Source: Candidatus Bathyarchaeota archaeon
Lineage (GTDB): Archaea > Thermoproteota > Bathyarchaeia > 40CM-2-53-6 > RBG-13-38-9
Direction of reading: 5' to 3'
DNA: 64,000 bases
Assembly (NCBI GenBank): GCA_963807605.1
Contig: CAWECG010000003.1
Location: 992,001 to 1,056,000 of the forward strand
Each line of letters opens with the position of its first letter. Within the stretch, counting starts at the first letter, position 1. This document shows, piece by piece, positions 59,983-64,000 of the stretch. The position numbers and the translations under genes were made by a program. The notes under the pieces were generated by a model. The model ran no database searches and had not been told where the DNA came from. It saw only the letters and a program-made list of their open reading frames with translations.

Positions 59983-59997
59983 GATCAAGACTTATAT
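59983..59997 (+). promoter_or_regulatory. putative BRE/TATA of the rRNA operon
   Basis: Purine-rich segment followed by TTATAT (59992-59997), about 280 bp before the 16S. Confidence 0.5.
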
Positions 59998-60189
59998 CTG
60001 GGGAGCCACAATATCCTGTCTTGACCGCAGAAGAATGCGGGCCCGTGAAAAAAATGGCGGCGTCAACCCGACGGTAAGGGCTCTACAGCCCATGAATGAA
60101 AGGTTGACCTCCAATCGCGGGTAAAATGATGAGGACCAAAACAAACCTGGAATATGCCTCTAGGAACGCTTTGGTCTAATACTGGTTCA

Positions 60190-60221
60190 CAGTCTATCCT
60201 GCCAATCTTCAACCCAGATAA
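60190..60221 (+). other. 5' arm of the pre-16S BHB processing stem (pairs with 61790-61821)
   Basis: CAGTCTATCC-TGCC-AAT-CTTCAACCCAGATAA pairs with TTATTTGGGCTGAGG-GGCA-TAA-GGAAAGACTG; 4-bp helix with two 3-nt bulges. Confidence 0.85.
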
Positions 60222-60277
60222 GGGTTAAAGTAGACTGTATCCCAAAAAGTCCCAACTTTATGGGGAATATTAAATCA

Positions 60278-61778
<1,501 letters not shown>

Positions 61779-61949
61779 TAGAAAAGCCATTATTTGGGCT
61801 GAGGGGCATAAGGAAAGACTGCGAACCACTGTTGATGCAGCCTCCAAACTTTTTGGAGGCGAAGGGTTGAGTGGGCTTCCAAGGCTCACAGTGACGACCA
61901 TGCATAGGCCTTCAACGCGAAATCGATGTGGGTTCCTGAGCAAACTTGG

Positions 61950-64000
<2,051 letters not shown>

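Overview
Archaeal chromosomal window, TACK superphylum and most plausibly Bathyarchaeia. This rests on the TACK-type 16S, the absence of tRNA-Ala in the 16S-23S spacer, and frequent TTG/GTG starts; the placement needs a phylogeny. The window is mostly core information-processing operons: ileS; PAC2-nop10-aIF2alpha-rps27e-rpl44e-GINS-priS-priL-pcna-tfs-rpoL-csl4-dph2-rpl10e-ksgA; and aIF5A-dys-srp54-rpl21e-rpoF. It also holds a flavin/F420 cluster (gch3-amidohydrolase-arfC-cofG-cofH), an eroded thiamine-salvage locus, two intron-rich tRNAs and the start of an rRNA operon (full 16S, partial 23S). I found no CRISPR array, intact IS element or prophage. Main points of interest: (1) an initiator tRNA-Met with three BHB introns; (2) aIF2alpha, and two other genes, with no in-frame ATG/GTG/TTG at the expected start; (3) an HxxE deaminase-type amidohydrolase inside the riboflavin/F420 operon, a candidate for the archaeal pyrimidine deaminase step; (4) an OST3/OST6/DC2-like eukaryote-type OST subunit and a truncated EFDP-type AglB/STT3; (5) a membrane-anchored cytochrome c; (6) a SAMP/MoaD-like protein lacking the C-terminal GG; (7) a likely 5 kb inversion splitting rpl21e-rpoF from DUF655-ksgA. 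Several single-base frameshifts fall in short homopolymers and may be assembly errors. All family calls come from recalled motifs, not database searches.
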